Positions 1 through 9,753 of a stretch of 64,000 nucleotides of DNA are shown piece after piece; positions within the stretch are counted from its first letter, which is position 1; every line of letters starts with the position of its first letter. The DNA lies in NCBI GenBank assembly GCA_030672305.1, contig DAOVGR010000050.1, positions 32,302-96,301 of the forward strand, in the 5' to 3' direction. Under the pieces are notes generated by a model that was not told where the DNA came from, ran no database searches, and saw only the letters and a list, made by a program, of their open reading frames with translations. Position numbers and translations under genes: made by a program. This DNA is from Thermoplasmatales archaeon (GTDB lineage Archaea > Thermoplasmatota > E2 > DHVEG-1).

Positions 1-30
1 CTGAAAGAAAATTACGAAGATTCATAATTA

Positions 31-975
31 CTACCGCTCTCTAGACGCACCAATTACAGTTTTTAAAGTTTGAAATCCTTCTTTTTCAATAGCATTTGCT
101 ACTTCTTCCTGTAGCTTTTTGTCAGGTGTAAGTGCAATTATACTACCACCTAGGCCACCACCCGTAAGTTTTGCACCTATTGCCCCTTGATCTCTTGCTA
201 GTTTAACAAGAAAATCAAGTTCTCTAGATGAAACCTCGATTTGTTGAAGAAGCTTATGATTTTCATTCATTAGTTTACCAAGTTCCCTGTAATCCTCAAT
301 TTTAAGAGCATTTCTAGCTAAATAAGCAATATTCTCTGCTCTATCAAATATTTCCTTGTATTTTTCAGGGTTTTTTTCTCTTCTCTTACGTACACCCGCA
401 ACAGCTGCAGCTGTATCGGCAACCTTACCAGTATTACCCATTACAATTTCAATAGGAGCAGGAATGGAGATTTTATCCATAACCTTATTTTCACCCTTCT
501 CAAACCAAATAAGACCACCAAATGTAGAAGCCGTATTATCTATTCCAGAAGGATTTCCATGATATCCTTTCTCACCTTCAAAAGCAATCTCATTAATCTC
601 TTCATCTGATATATTAAGACTAAAATGTTCAGAAATAGCTCTGGCAATTGCAACACAAGAAGCTGCGCTGGCACCGATTCCACTTGCGCAATATAATGTT
701 CCATCGAGTGTTATCTCTAATCCTTTTTTTGATAAATCTATACCCATTTTTTTCAAAATTCGATTTATTGAATCTTTTTGCTGATCAATTTTTTCTTCTT
801 TATAATTTGGAGTTGCTTTTCTATTGTCAATAAATGACCAACCAGACTTATCAATTGGATTTAGCTTTGCAACAGTATATTTTCCAATTGCAGAAACAAT
901 AGCTGGTACTCCATATACCACAAAATGTTCATTTAATAAAATAGCCTTACCAAAACCAATGCCCTCGCCCGACAT
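31..975 (-). CDS. mvk: Mevalonate kinase (GHMP kinase family)
   Basis: 314 aa. GHMP kinase ATP-binding Gly/Ser-rich loop GNPSGIDNTASTFGG and C-terminal GGGLGGS motif. Overall match to archaeal mevalonate kinase. Confidence 0.8.
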   Translation of the reverse strand: MSGEGIGFGKAILLNEHFVVYGVPAIVSAIGKYTVAKLNPIDKSGWSFIDNRKATPNYKEEKIDQQKDSINRILKKMGIDLSKKGLEITLDGTLYCASGIGASAASCVAIARAISEHFSLNISDEEINEIAFEGEKGYHGNPSGIDNTASTFGGLIWFEKGENKVMDKISIPAPIEIVMGNTGKVADTAAAVAGVRKRREKNPEKYKEIFDRAENIAYLARNALKIEDYRELGKLMNENHKLLQQIEVSSRELDFLVKLARDQGAIGAKLTGGGLGGSIIALTPDKKLQEEVANAIEKEGFQTLKTVIGASRER

Positions 976-1123
976 TTACATCACATAATATTTCACAGAT
1001 CATTTAGGTTGAAATACCATAATTATTAAATGTTTTTATTAATTGTGGTATAACAAATATATATTAGAAAATTATTTAATTCTTAACTAAATTAATAAAT
1101 TTCAATCAGGATGAAGAAATATA

Positions 1124-1759
1124 ATGAGGATAGATAATAATTCTGAAAAGATTTGTTCGATTTCTAAATATTCATTTAAGACCAAATTCAATATATCAAG
1201 GTTTAATTATTTCTGGAAAGCAATTGATTTTATAGCCTGTAAAATAAAGAGATTTGCTATATTATATGAAAATACCTTGTCCAAAGAATATGAAAAAGAA
1301 GGCGAACTGTTTAATATTTCTGAATCAAAAAATATTTTACACATTGGATGTGGTTCATATCCAGTTACAGCAATCAACCTTGCTAAATACAACGGTGGTA
1401 AGGTTGTCGCAATTGACATTGACCCAAGAGCAATAAAACTAGCCACCAAGGTAATTAATAATAAAAAATTGCAGGATAAAATATCTATTAATAAAGGAGA
1501 TGGAAGAAGTTATCCTATAAAAAAATTTGATGCAATTATCATATCAAGCTGTTCAATTCCAAAAATTGATATTTTAAATCATATTTTTAAAACAGCAAAC
1601 ATTAATAGTAAAATTATAGTTAGAGAAATATATGGAGCTAGGAAAGCAGTGGAGGACTGTATAAATCTCCATAAAAATATCGAGATTAAAAAAAGAATTG
1701 GAAATCATCCATTTCCAACATCTAGATGGGAATCGTTTTATTTAATAAAAAATAGTTAA
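1124..1759 (+). CDS. Small Rossmann-fold SAM-dependent methyltransferase-like protein; paralog of 4618-5250
   Basis: 211 aa. Gly-rich nucleotide-binding motif HIGCGSYPVTAINLA followed by an acidic strand VVAIDIDPRAIKLA, which is the methyltransferase motif I/II layout. Shares NISRF, IGCG and GDGxxYPI blocks with ORF 4618-5250. Confidence 0.55.
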   Translation: MRIDNNSEKICSISKYSFKTKFNISRFNYFWKAIDFIACKIKRFAILYENTLSKEYEKEGELFNISESKNILHIGCGSYPVTAINLAKYNGGKVVAIDIDPRAIKLATKVINNKKLQDKISINKGDGRSYPIKKFDAIIISSCSIPKIDILNHIFKTANINSKIIVREIYGARKAVEDCINLHKNIEIKKRIGNHPFPTSRWESFYLIKNS

Positions 1760-2763
1760 TTATTTTTTAACATCTTTTTAAAGTCCGTTAAATCTGTTTT
1801 TCTTGCTTCTGTTAAAGATACTAAAAAGCCTACAAAACCTGTAACTACATCTGTAATAATAAATCCTACAAGAGTAAACACCAGAACCACTTCTTCGCCT
1901 ACTCCAAAAAGTGTTGAAAAAATTATTATAGATGTTAATTCACGAAAACCTAAACCAGCAAAGGTTACAGGAATATAGCCTGCAATATTTGCAACTGGAT
2001 AAAGTAATAAAAAGCTTAGATATGGGATATTTGCTCCTAATGCATAAACAATGATGTATTCTTGAGAAAAAATAATTACCCAAGAAATTAAACCAAGGAA
2101 TAACGGAATAATTAAGCGATTTATTCTAGGAAAATCTTTATAGAATGTATCCGCAAATTTTGAGGATGGGTCTTTAAGTTTCTTTGGAATCAAGTATTTA
2201 ACAAAAAGGTGGAAGAATTTTTTCCCACGTTCTTTCTTAATAAAATAAATTATAATAAATGCTTGGAATGAAATTAAAATTGCAATTATGATAAGGAGTA
2301 TTCTTGTTATTTCAAGTTCTGAAAATTGATCAAGAATAATTAATAATCCCCCAACTATCATAGAATATATTGCAACTTGACGTACTGTTACTTCAATAAA
2401 TGTGTTAACAAACAGTTTACCATATGGTTCCCCGGTTTTTTCTTTCATATATGGAACTCTCATTAACTGTCCAATAAATCCAGGGGTCCAACTGGCATAG
2501 AAATATCCTATTAGAAAACACTTTAATGATTGGAAGTAGCTAATTTTGATTTTTTGCTCTTTTTGTATTAATCGCCATCCATAATTTCTAATCAGTACTC
2601 GTGGAATTGTTAGAGATAATGCTAGTACTATGAAAATTGGATTAATTATTAAGAATGCATTTATAATTTTTCCAACATCTAAATTAAGAATAATTATTAA
2701 TAGTACTATAATTCCTAATAATGGTAGAAATTTTTTTACCTGTTCGAAAATTTCTTTTTTCAA
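1756..2763 (-). CDS. Polytopic membrane protein, UPF0104 / lysyl-phosphatidylglycerol-synthase transmembrane (flippase-like) family
   Basis: 335 aa with 7-8 predicted TM helices. Conserved loop WRLIQKEQKIKISYFQSLKCFLIGYFYASWTPGFIG is typical of the MprF N-terminal flippase-like domain. Paralogous to 2924-3889 and to the N-terminal half of 6817-8397. Confidence 0.6.
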   Translation of the reverse strand: MKKEIFEQVKKFLPLLGIIVLLIIILNLDVGKIINAFLIINPIFIVLALSLTIPRVLIRNYGWRLIQKEQKIKISYFQSLKCFLIGYFYASWTPGFIGQLMRVPYMKEKTGEPYGKLFVNTFIEVTVRQVAIYSMIVGGLLIILDQFSELEITRILLIIIAILISFQAFIIIYFIKKERGKKFFHLFVKYLIPKKLKDPSSKFADTFYKDFPRINRLIIPLFLGLISWVIIFSQEYIIVYALGANIPYLSFLLLYPVANIAGYIPVTFAGLGFRELTSIIIFSTLFGVGEEVVLVFTLVGFIITDVVTGFVGFLVSLTEARKTDLTDFKKMLKNN

Positions 2764-2923
2764 TGAACATGGGGTATCTTATTATCTTTATTTATTGTTG
2801 TGGAAAAATGAAAATTCTTTATTTGCATCTTATAATTAAATCAAGCTTACCAGATACTTGGTTTTTTTTATTAACATCACAATGGAATATCTACTTTTTT
2901 AGGGGAAATTATTAATTGAATAA

Positions 2924-3889
2924 TTGTTACACCTTTCATATTTGATGGAAAAAAATAATCTTAAAAAAGTGGTAAAATTACTCCCTATTATTGGTGTTGC
3001 AATATTCATTTATATTATAAATGACATTGGAGTTGAAAAAATTGCAGACGCTTTTTTTTCAATCCCTATCCAATTTTTTATTCTTGCACTTCTAATTGTT
3101 TTTCTAAGAATATTTGTTTATACTTACAAGTGGAGTTATATCTGTAATAAAATGAAAATAAACATTAAATATTTTGATTTAGTAAAAATCTATTTGATTG
3201 GAGTATTTTATGGGAACCTTACACCTGGTGCACTTGGTTTACATTTAAGAATTTTTTACATGAGAAAAAAATCTAAAGCATCAATTGGAAAATGTCTCGC
3301 AAGCTCACTTATAGATATCGAATTAGCATTAATAACAGGTATTTTTATAGGATTAATTGGCACCATTTATCTCATTAATTTCTATCCTGGACTGTTACCG
3401 TTACTAATACTACTTCTTCTTATCCATGGTACTCTGCTAATTATTTTTATGAAAAAAAGTGGTGGAAGTAAATTTTTTAAGATTTTCATAAGACCTTTAA
3501 TACCTAATAAATATAGAGAAGGAATAGATCAATCAGTTGAATTATTTTATGAGGATATGCCCAGATTTAGAGAAATGCTAATTCCTATTTTATTTGATTT
3601 TATTACATGGGTAATAATTGGAACCCAAGTGTATATCATTGCACAAGCATTCTCTGTAGATATTCCTTATTTAATATTTTTGATGTTGCATACATTATCA
3701 GTTGTTGCATATGGTTTATTACCAATTTCAATAGGAGGATTAGGAGTTAGAGAAGGTATATTTGTGTTTTTATTATTACCATTTGGGGTGGCGGCAGAAG
3801 TTGCTTTTGTTATTTCATTATGTGGCTATATTGTAAAATTGATAATTCCTGCGTTATTTGGGATGTTTTTTTCATTTAAAGAGAAATAA
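2924..3889 (+). CDS. Polytopic membrane protein, UPF0104 / flippase-like family (paralog)
   Basis: 321 aa. Block YKWSYICNKMKINIKYFDLVKIYLIGVFYGNLTPGALG aligns with the same block in 1756-2763 and 6817-8397. Multiple TM helices. Confidence 0.6.
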   Translation: MLHLSYLMEKNNLKKVVKLLPIIGVAIFIYIINDIGVEKIADAFFSIPIQFFILALLIVFLRIFVYTYKWSYICNKMKINIKYFDLVKIYLIGVFYGNLTPGALGLHLRIFYMRKKSKASIGKCLASSLIDIELALITGIFIGLIGTIYLINFYPGLLPLLILLLLIHGTLLIIFMKKSGGSKFFKIFIRPLIPNKYREGIDQSVELFYEDMPRFREMLIPILFDFITWVIIGTQVYIIAQAFSVDIPYLIFLMLHTLSVVAYGLLPISIGGLGVREGIFVFLLLPFGVAAEVAFVISLCGYIVKLIIPALFGMFFSFKEK

Positions 3890-3923
3890 AGAGTTATTTT
3901 AAGAGAAAAATCTAGGTGATAAT

Positions 3924-4643
3924 GTGAAAGATGCTGATTTTATTAAATCTAAAAATGAAACAGATTCACATTATGAGTTAGTAAAAAAGTATTTTAGGAA
4001 AAGTGCTGAAGATAAGAAAAGATTTTACAGTTTTAAAAGTAAAGAGGAAATAGAAAAAGAGATAAAAAAACGAAGTATGTGGAAGATATACACATCAATA
4101 TTAGATGAAATTTTACAAAAAGATGCGGAAATCACAAGTGTTATTGATATTGCATGTGGAATGGGGAATTTTACCATGGAGCTTGCTAAACGTAATAATT
4201 ATAAAAGAATAGTAGGAGTTGATTTTCTAAAAGAAACCTTTAATATTGCTCGTAAAACAGAAAATATTTTTAGAAATATTTCCTTTCTGGAGGGAAATTT
4301 ATTAAATCTACCATTTACTGATAGGAGTTTTGATTTCACAATATGCTTAAACACTTTACATCACATATATAAGAATGATTTTTACAAAGCAGTCAATGAG
4401 CTAACAAGAATAACTAAACACTATCTTATGTTAGAAATAAGGAATAAAAATTACATTTTGATGCCTTGGATAAATAAAACTGTTTTACAAAAAGTATATA
4501 GAGATTTACCAATTTATTGTAGCTCAGTTTCAGATTTAAATGATTTAATAGAAAAAAATGGATTTAAACTTAAAATTATTAGACGAAATAGTTCATTAAC
4601 TTGGACAAGTTGGCGTCTTGTACTTGTTTATGAAAGAAATTAA
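3924..4643 (+). CDS. Class I SAM-dependent methyltransferase
   Basis: 239 aa. Motif I VIDIACGMGNFTMELA, motif II RIVGVDF, post-I acidic residue and motif IV FDFTICLNTLHH. Confidence 0.7.
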   Translation: MKDADFIKSKNETDSHYELVKKYFRKSAEDKKRFYSFKSKEEIEKEIKKRSMWKIYTSILDEILQKDAEITSVIDIACGMGNFTMELAKRNNYKRIVGVDFLKETFNIARKTENIFRNISFLEGNLLNLPFTDRSFDFTICLNTLHHIYKNDFYKAVNELTRITKHYLMLEIRNKNYILMPWINKTVLQKVYRDLPIYCSSVSDLNDLIEKNGFKLKIIRRNSSLTWTSWRLVLVYERN

Positions 4644-5250
4644 CAATGGAGGCTTCTTCTTGGAAGTAAATAAAAATAAAAATATTTCAAGATTCTTAAT
4701 TAACAGTCGAAGAATCCTATCATGCTATTATTATAATTTTTTAGAATTACTTGCTGTTAAAACTAAATTATTTCAAAAATTATTAATGGAATGGAGAAGA
4801 CCAGTTTTTCTTAATGAAATAAAAATGGCCAATATTAAAAAAAATGATAAGGTGCTACTTATTGGCTGTGGTATATTTCCATCTGAAACAATGCTAATTG
4901 CAGAGCAAACAGGAGTCGACGTAGTAGGTATTGATAACTCTCCTCAAGCTGTAAAAATAGCAAGAAAATATGTAAAGAAAAAAGGACTTTCAAAAAATAT
5001 AAAAATTGAATATGGGGATGGAAAAGATTACCCAATCAATGATTTTGATGTAATTTTTATAGCGATTAATGTTTGGCCAATTGATTTTGTGTTAAAACAT
5101 ATTTTAAAAAATATGAAATTAGATGGAAGAGTTATGTGTAAAAGTTTAAAAAACGATATTATAAATGTTATTGAAAAAGAAAAATTTGATATTGTTTCAA
5201 AATTAGAAAATCCACAAACACAATCGTTTTTATTAGTAAAGAAAAAGTAA
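4618..5250 (+). CDS. Small Rossmann-fold methyltransferase-like protein; paralog of 1124-1759
   Basis: 210 aa. Motifs VLLIGCGIFPSETMLIA, VVGIDNSPQAVKIA and YGDGKDYPI mirror those of ORF 1124-1759. The 5-prime end overlaps the preceding gene by 26 nt, so the true start may be an internal Met. Confidence 0.55.
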   Translation: MYLFMKEINNGGFFLEVNKNKNISRFLINSRRILSCYYYNFLELLAVKTKLFQKLLMEWRRPVFLNEIKMANIKKNDKVLLIGCGIFPSETMLIAEQTGVDVVGIDNSPQAVKIARKYVKKKGLSKNIKIEYGDGKDYPINDFDVIFIAINVWPIDFVLKHILKNMKLDGRVMCKSLKNDIINVIEKEKFDIVSKLENPQTQSFLLVKKK

Positions 5251-5258
5251 TTTATTTT

Positions 5259-6713
5259 CTAAAGCAAATGGATTAATTGGTTAATTCTTGCTTTCATTTT
5301 GTATAAATCTCTATTCTTGAATATTTTCAGCATCTGTGTAGTTATATATCTTGGTCTAAGATAAAATCTTTTCATAGCCTCTCTATAAAATTCATCGAGC
5401 TCGTCCCTTGTGAAATTTCCAAGACCCTTTCGTAAATCTGCGACAATTGTGTAACCATCTCTTACATTGATTTTTCCATTTTTAACTGCCTCATCCCATA
5501 TGTCTGAACCATATTTATATGTTAAAATTGTAAACAATGCAACATCAAGAGGGAGGGAACAAGCAAACTTAATTGTTTTTTCGATATGTTCTTTTGTCTC
5601 AATTGGAGCTCCTAATATAAAGGTCCCAACAGTGAAAAAATCCATTTCACTACTAAGATTGATTGCTTTTCTAATTTGATCGGTAGTCGCATTCTTATTG
5701 TAAAAATCTAAAACATCCTGATTTGCAGATTCCAATCCATAATATAGATGTTTTACACCTGCATTTTTCATCTTAGAGTAAAGCTTCCTATTTGCAGTAT
5801 CAACCCTTGCACCCTGTACATATATCTCAATATCAGTTCCAATTTTTATCAACTTATCAAGTATTTCATTAGCCCGTTGTTCATCTGCAAGAAAAGTATC
5901 ATCAACTATCATAACAGAATCATAAGATTCATTAATTTTTTTTATCTCATTTACAACATTTTCAACAGAGCGTTGTCTAAAGATCTTAAAACCTAATGTG
6001 TTTCGTGTACAGAATCGACAATTAAAGGGACATCCCCTACCTGTTATCATAGAAGTGAATCTTGGTTTAAAATTTGATTTACTTGTTTTTCCATACTCAT
6101 ATTTTTCAACAAGATGACGAGCAGGAAAAGGAATTGAATCAAGATTTTCAATTATTGTTGCTGGTTTTCCCTTTTTGATTACGTCATTTTTTCTATAATA
6201 GATACCATGTATTTCAGATAGTTTCTTTCTCCCTTCTATTGATTCTACAATTTCCTTAATTACTTGTTCGCCATCACCTTCTACACTTATGTCAGCAGAG
6301 GGTATTTCATTTAGAGATTTTTTTGGTTGTATACTACAATGGGGACCACCAATTATAATTGGAATATCAGATTCAATTTCCTTAATATATTTCGCTACCT
6401 TTGCTGATTCTTTATAAGCATATGTATATTTGCCTCCATGCATTGTTTCTTCATAAGATGATGAAAATACACTTATTCCAACAGCATCTGTTGTTGACAG
6501 CTCTTTATTAAGAGATTTTAACGGATAACTTTCAGCTAGAAAATCTATTAATTCAACAGTATGACCTGCATTTTCTAAAACACTTCCAAGATACAAAAGA
6601 CCTAGAGGGGGGTGATATGATGATATTTTTTGTGGTTTATCTATTTTTGATGTAAAAATATAGTCCGGCGGAATTTGTAATAACAAGAATTTCATTTGAT
6701 AAATCCAAATCAT
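5259..6713 (-). CDS. B12-binding-domain radical SAM enzyme (class B radical SAM family)
   Basis: 484 aa. N-terminal cobalamin-binding-like domain PLGLLYLGSVLENAGHTVELID then a radical SAM core with CxxxCxxC (GRGCPFNCRFC). Confidence 0.8.
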   Translation of the reverse strand: MIWIYQMKFLLLQIPPDYIFTSKIDKPQKISSYHPPLGLLYLGSVLENAGHTVELIDFLAESYPLKSLNKELSTTDAVGISVFSSSYEETMHGGKYTYAYKESAKVAKYIKEIESDIPIIIGGPHCSIQPKKSLNEIPSADISVEGDGEQVIKEIVESIEGRKKLSEIHGIYYRKNDVIKKGKPATIIENLDSIPFPARHLVEKYEYGKTSKSNFKPRFTSMITGRGCPFNCRFCTRNTLGFKIFRQRSVENVVNEIKKINESYDSVMIVDDTFLADEQRANEILDKLIKIGTDIEIYVQGARVDTANRKLYSKMKNAGVKHLYYGLESANQDVLDFYNKNATTDQIRKAINLSSEMDFFTVGTFILGAPIETKEHIEKTIKFACSLPLDVALFTILTYKYGSDIWDEAVKNGKINVRDGYTIVADLRKGLGNFTRDELDEFYREAMKRFYLRPRYITTQMLKIFKNRDLYKMKARINQLIHLL

Positions 6714-6816
6714 ATTAGTATTGATATATTATTTGAATAAATTTTTGTTAAAATTATTAATCTTATAACAATTAAACAATTTAGATAAATACCAAATGTA
6801 ATTTAACTTTGCACAT

Positions 6817-8397
6817 ATGGACTATAAAAAATTGTTACCAATCATTGGAATAATTATTCTATTATACATAATAGTAACTCTAGATTTACAGGAAATATAT
6901 ACAGTTTTTTCAAATATTCATCCAATATATTCTCTCATCTCATTTTTTGCTATTCTTCCCGTTGTCTTAATGACAAATATTCAATGGCAAATACTGCTAA
7001 GAAAACAACGGATTAAAGTTAGCTTTCTTTATTCATTAAAAAACATATTCATTGGTTATTTTTATGGATTTATTTCACCAGGTGGGATAGGTGCTTATAC
7101 CAGAGCTTTATATCTTGAACATGAAAGTAAAGCTCCTCTTGGAAAATGTCTATCCAATATAATTATTTTCAACACAATTGATTATCTATCACTACTTTTA
7201 CTTGGAGCAATTGGTGCAATTTTTCTTAGTAGTATATATCCCCATCTTTTTGCAGTCATCATTGCTGTTATTTTTGTTATTGTTACTCTGCTTCTATTTT
7301 TTCTTAAAAAAGAAAAATCTAAAAACATATTTTTAAAAATAATTCAAACAAGAATATTTAGTTCTGTTAAGGACAGACTAACAGAATCTCTGGATTCTTT
7401 TTATGAAGATTTACCTCGTTTTAAAGACGTACTAATACCATTTGGAATTTCAATTATAGGTTGGATTGTAAGATTTACAGAACTTTACTTTATTTCAAAA
7501 CTTTTCTTAATTGATGTATCTTTTATTTATTTTATACTAATAATTGCTGTAGCAAATGTAATTGCCTCAATTCCAATAACAATATATGGGCTTGGAACAA
7601 GAGAAGCCTCGTTAATTACTATGTTTTTATTTTTTAATGTAATTCCTGAGAAAGTATTAGGTCTTTCATTGTTTTGGTTTACAATAATTTGGTTTTCCCC
7701 TAGTATATTAGGAGCTATTATAACTTATATTGAAACAAAGAAGCTAAGTATGTCATTTTTGAATGAAAAAACTGTAGAAAAGTTTTCAAATTACATGAAA
7801 AGATATCCTGAGCTTTACAGAAATCTTACTGATGTTGTTAAGAAAAATATCCCAAATAAGATTACTAAGCCAATCATTGTGGATTTAGGTGTCGGACCCG
7901 GACTACTCTCACAAGAAATAATTAAGCAGACACCCAATGCAAAAATTATAGGTATTGATCCATCAGGTAAAATGCTTAATTTGGCAAATAAAAATGTAAA
8001 AAAAGATGTGTTTCAAGCAATGCTAGGAGCCTCTGAAAACATTCCACTTGAAAAAAACACTGTGGATATTATAGTAAGCAGATTCAGCCTTACATACTGG
8101 AAGAAACCAAGAGATAGTTTTAGAGAAATCAATAGAATTTTAAAACCGGGTGGTAAGCTGATATTAGAAGCATTGAATAATAAATTTTCAAAATGGAAAT
8201 TATTTGCTATAAAGACACATATGATTTTTAATTCAGCAGGATTAGATGTTATAAGATATCATTCTGAGGCATTTAAAACAGCATATAATATCCAGCAGGT
8301 TGAACATTTGTTAAAAAATTCTGGATTCAAAATAATTTATAAAGAAGCTAAGAAAAATGACTGGAAATATATTCTAGTTTCAGGAAAGGGGAAATAA
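6817..8397 (+). CDS. Fusion protein: N-terminal UPF0104/flippase-like membrane domain plus C-terminal class I SAM methyltransferase
   Basis: 526 aa. Residues 1-300 are polytopic with the conserved WQILLRKQRIKVSFLYSLKNIFIGYFYGFISPGGIG block. C-terminal residues carry methyltransferase motif I VDLGVGPGLLSQEI, IIGIDPS and ILKPGGKLILE. Confidence 0.65.
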   Translation: MDYKKLLPIIGIIILLYIIVTLDLQEIYTVFSNIHPIYSLISFFAILPVVLMTNIQWQILLRKQRIKVSFLYSLKNIFIGYFYGFISPGGIGAYTRALYLEHESKAPLGKCLSNIIIFNTIDYLSLLLLGAIGAIFLSSIYPHLFAVIIAVIFVIVTLLLFFLKKEKSKNIFLKIIQTRIFSSVKDRLTESLDSFYEDLPRFKDVLIPFGISIIGWIVRFTELYFISKLFLIDVSFIYFILIIAVANVIASIPITIYGLGTREASLITMFLFFNVIPEKVLGLSLFWFTIIWFSPSILGAIITYIETKKLSMSFLNEKTVEKFSNYMKRYPELYRNLTDVVKKNIPNKITKPIIVDLGVGPGLLSQEIIKQTPNAKIIGIDPSGKMLNLANKNVKKDVFQAMLGASENIPLEKNTVDIIVSRFSLTYWKKPRDSFREINRILKPGGKLILEALNNKFSKWKLFAIKTHMIFNSAGLDVIRYHSEAFKTAYNIQQVEHLLKNSGFKIIYKEAKKNDWKYILVSGKGK

Positions 8398-8452
8398 CAA
8401 CTTTTAAATACATATGAAAATAATATTTATTATATAATATGGGGAAGGTTAA

Positions 8453-9745
8453 ATGAATACCTATTATAAAAAAAATTTAGCGTTATTCTTAGTTTTATTA
8501 TTTCTCATATTATGCCTTTCACCAATTGTAAATAGCATTGAAATAACAGAATTAAAAAAGTTTGTATATGAATCTTCCGATGAAGTAATAGAACTTGATC
8601 TTCTTCGTGGAGAACATTATCTATACATTAATGCAACTAAAAATACAGACCAATTTAATGTAAAATACGCTTTTCCAGCTGAATTAAACTATCAATTTCC
8701 TATAATAATGGAAATATTGAATGATACTACAGCTGAAATTCTAGAATACAGAATAGAAAATGAAGCAAATGAGCCTAATAAAATTGTAAATTTCACGATT
8801 GGTACAATGGATAAAGATGATAGCGCTCTGATTCATTTTAATTTCTTTGTACTTGTTATTAATCAAGATTTTTCCAATCTACCAAAGAAGGTAAAGATTC
8901 CGAAAAAGGATGAACTTCCTCCTGAAACATTAAAGTGGCTTTCATCAACAAAAGCTGTACAAAAAAATAGAATACTTATAAGACTTAGGGCAAGACAAAT
9001 GAAAATTTTAACAAATAATGTTTTAAAAATAGCAAGAAGAATTGCCTTATTTTGTAGATTCCATAGATATCCTTTATTTTTTATCCAATATAAGTTTGGA
9101 TTATATAGATCTCAAGATGCTTTTACATCGCTTTTAATAAATGGAGAATGTCCAGGTAGATCACATCTAGGATGTGCATTATTTAGGGCCAATAATATTC
9201 CAGCTCGAGTATTATTGGCTAACCGGGATTATCCTTTCTGGTATGAAATGCATTATATGACAGAGTACTATCTTCCGGATTATGGATGGATATTAACTGA
9301 AGTACATAAAGGTAAAACACCGTATGAAACAAAATATCAGATTATTCTTAGGATATGTCATCCGGAGGATGAAAACAATACTCAAACAGATTTTATCAAT
9401 AAGAAAATGAAAGGTATCGAAAGATGGTTCTGGATTGATAATGAATTTATTATACCATATTATAAAGATCTAGTTGAGGGTAGTAGATGCTGTATGTTTA
9501 GAGAAAACGAGGTTTTTACAGATAATATTTCTGGAGAAGATGCAATTAATATTACAAGAAATGTTTTTCATAAATATGAATACTACCTTGGAATGAATTT
9601 AGCTGGCGATAACTTGGAATACTTTCAAAATGCAACCAATTACCAATTTCAAGCAATTAGCCAATTAAAGGGTTCAGATAATGTATCTGGTTACATAAAT
9701 TATCTAAACAAAGCAAATGAAGAATACGATGAAATAATAATTTAG
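8453..9745 (+). CDS. Secreted transglutaminase-like (papain-fold Cys-His-Asp) protein
   Basis: 430 aa with an N-terminal signal peptide. Catalytic-core-like block GECPGRSHLGCALFRANNIPARVL. His/acidic block HYMTEYYLPDYGWILTE matches the transglutaminase-like superfamily. Confidence 0.6.
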   Translation: MNTYYKKNLALFLVLLFLILCLSPIVNSIEITELKKFVYESSDEVIELDLLRGEHYLYINATKNTDQFNVKYAFPAELNYQFPIIMEILNDTTAEILEYRIENEANEPNKIVNFTIGTMDKDDSALIHFNFFVLVINQDFSNLPKKVKIPKKDELPPETLKWLSSTKAVQKNRILIRLRARQMKILTNNVLKIARRIALFCRFHRYPLFFIQYKFGLYRSQDAFTSLLINGECPGRSHLGCALFRANNIPARVLLANRDYPFWYEMHYMTEYYLPDYGWILTEVHKGKTPYETKYQIILRICHPEDENNTQTDFINKKMKGIERWFWIDNEFIIPYYKDLVEGSRCCMFRENEVFTDNISGEDAINITRNVFHKYEYYLGMNLAGDNLEYFQNATNYQFQAISQLKGSDNVSGYINYLNKANEEYDEIII

Positions 9746-9753
9746 AGGTTGGG

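Noticed and set aside
356-833. Plus-strand ORFs 356-562 and 648-833
   Set aside because: They lie entirely antisense within the well-supported mevalonate kinase gene. They are low-complexity with no motifs and are typical spurious ORFs of AT-rich DNA.
1207-1449. ORFs 1207-1449 (minus) and 1254-1436 (plus) inside the methyltransferase-like gene
   Set aside because: They overlap the conserved Rossmann motif region of the sense-strand gene. No independent support.
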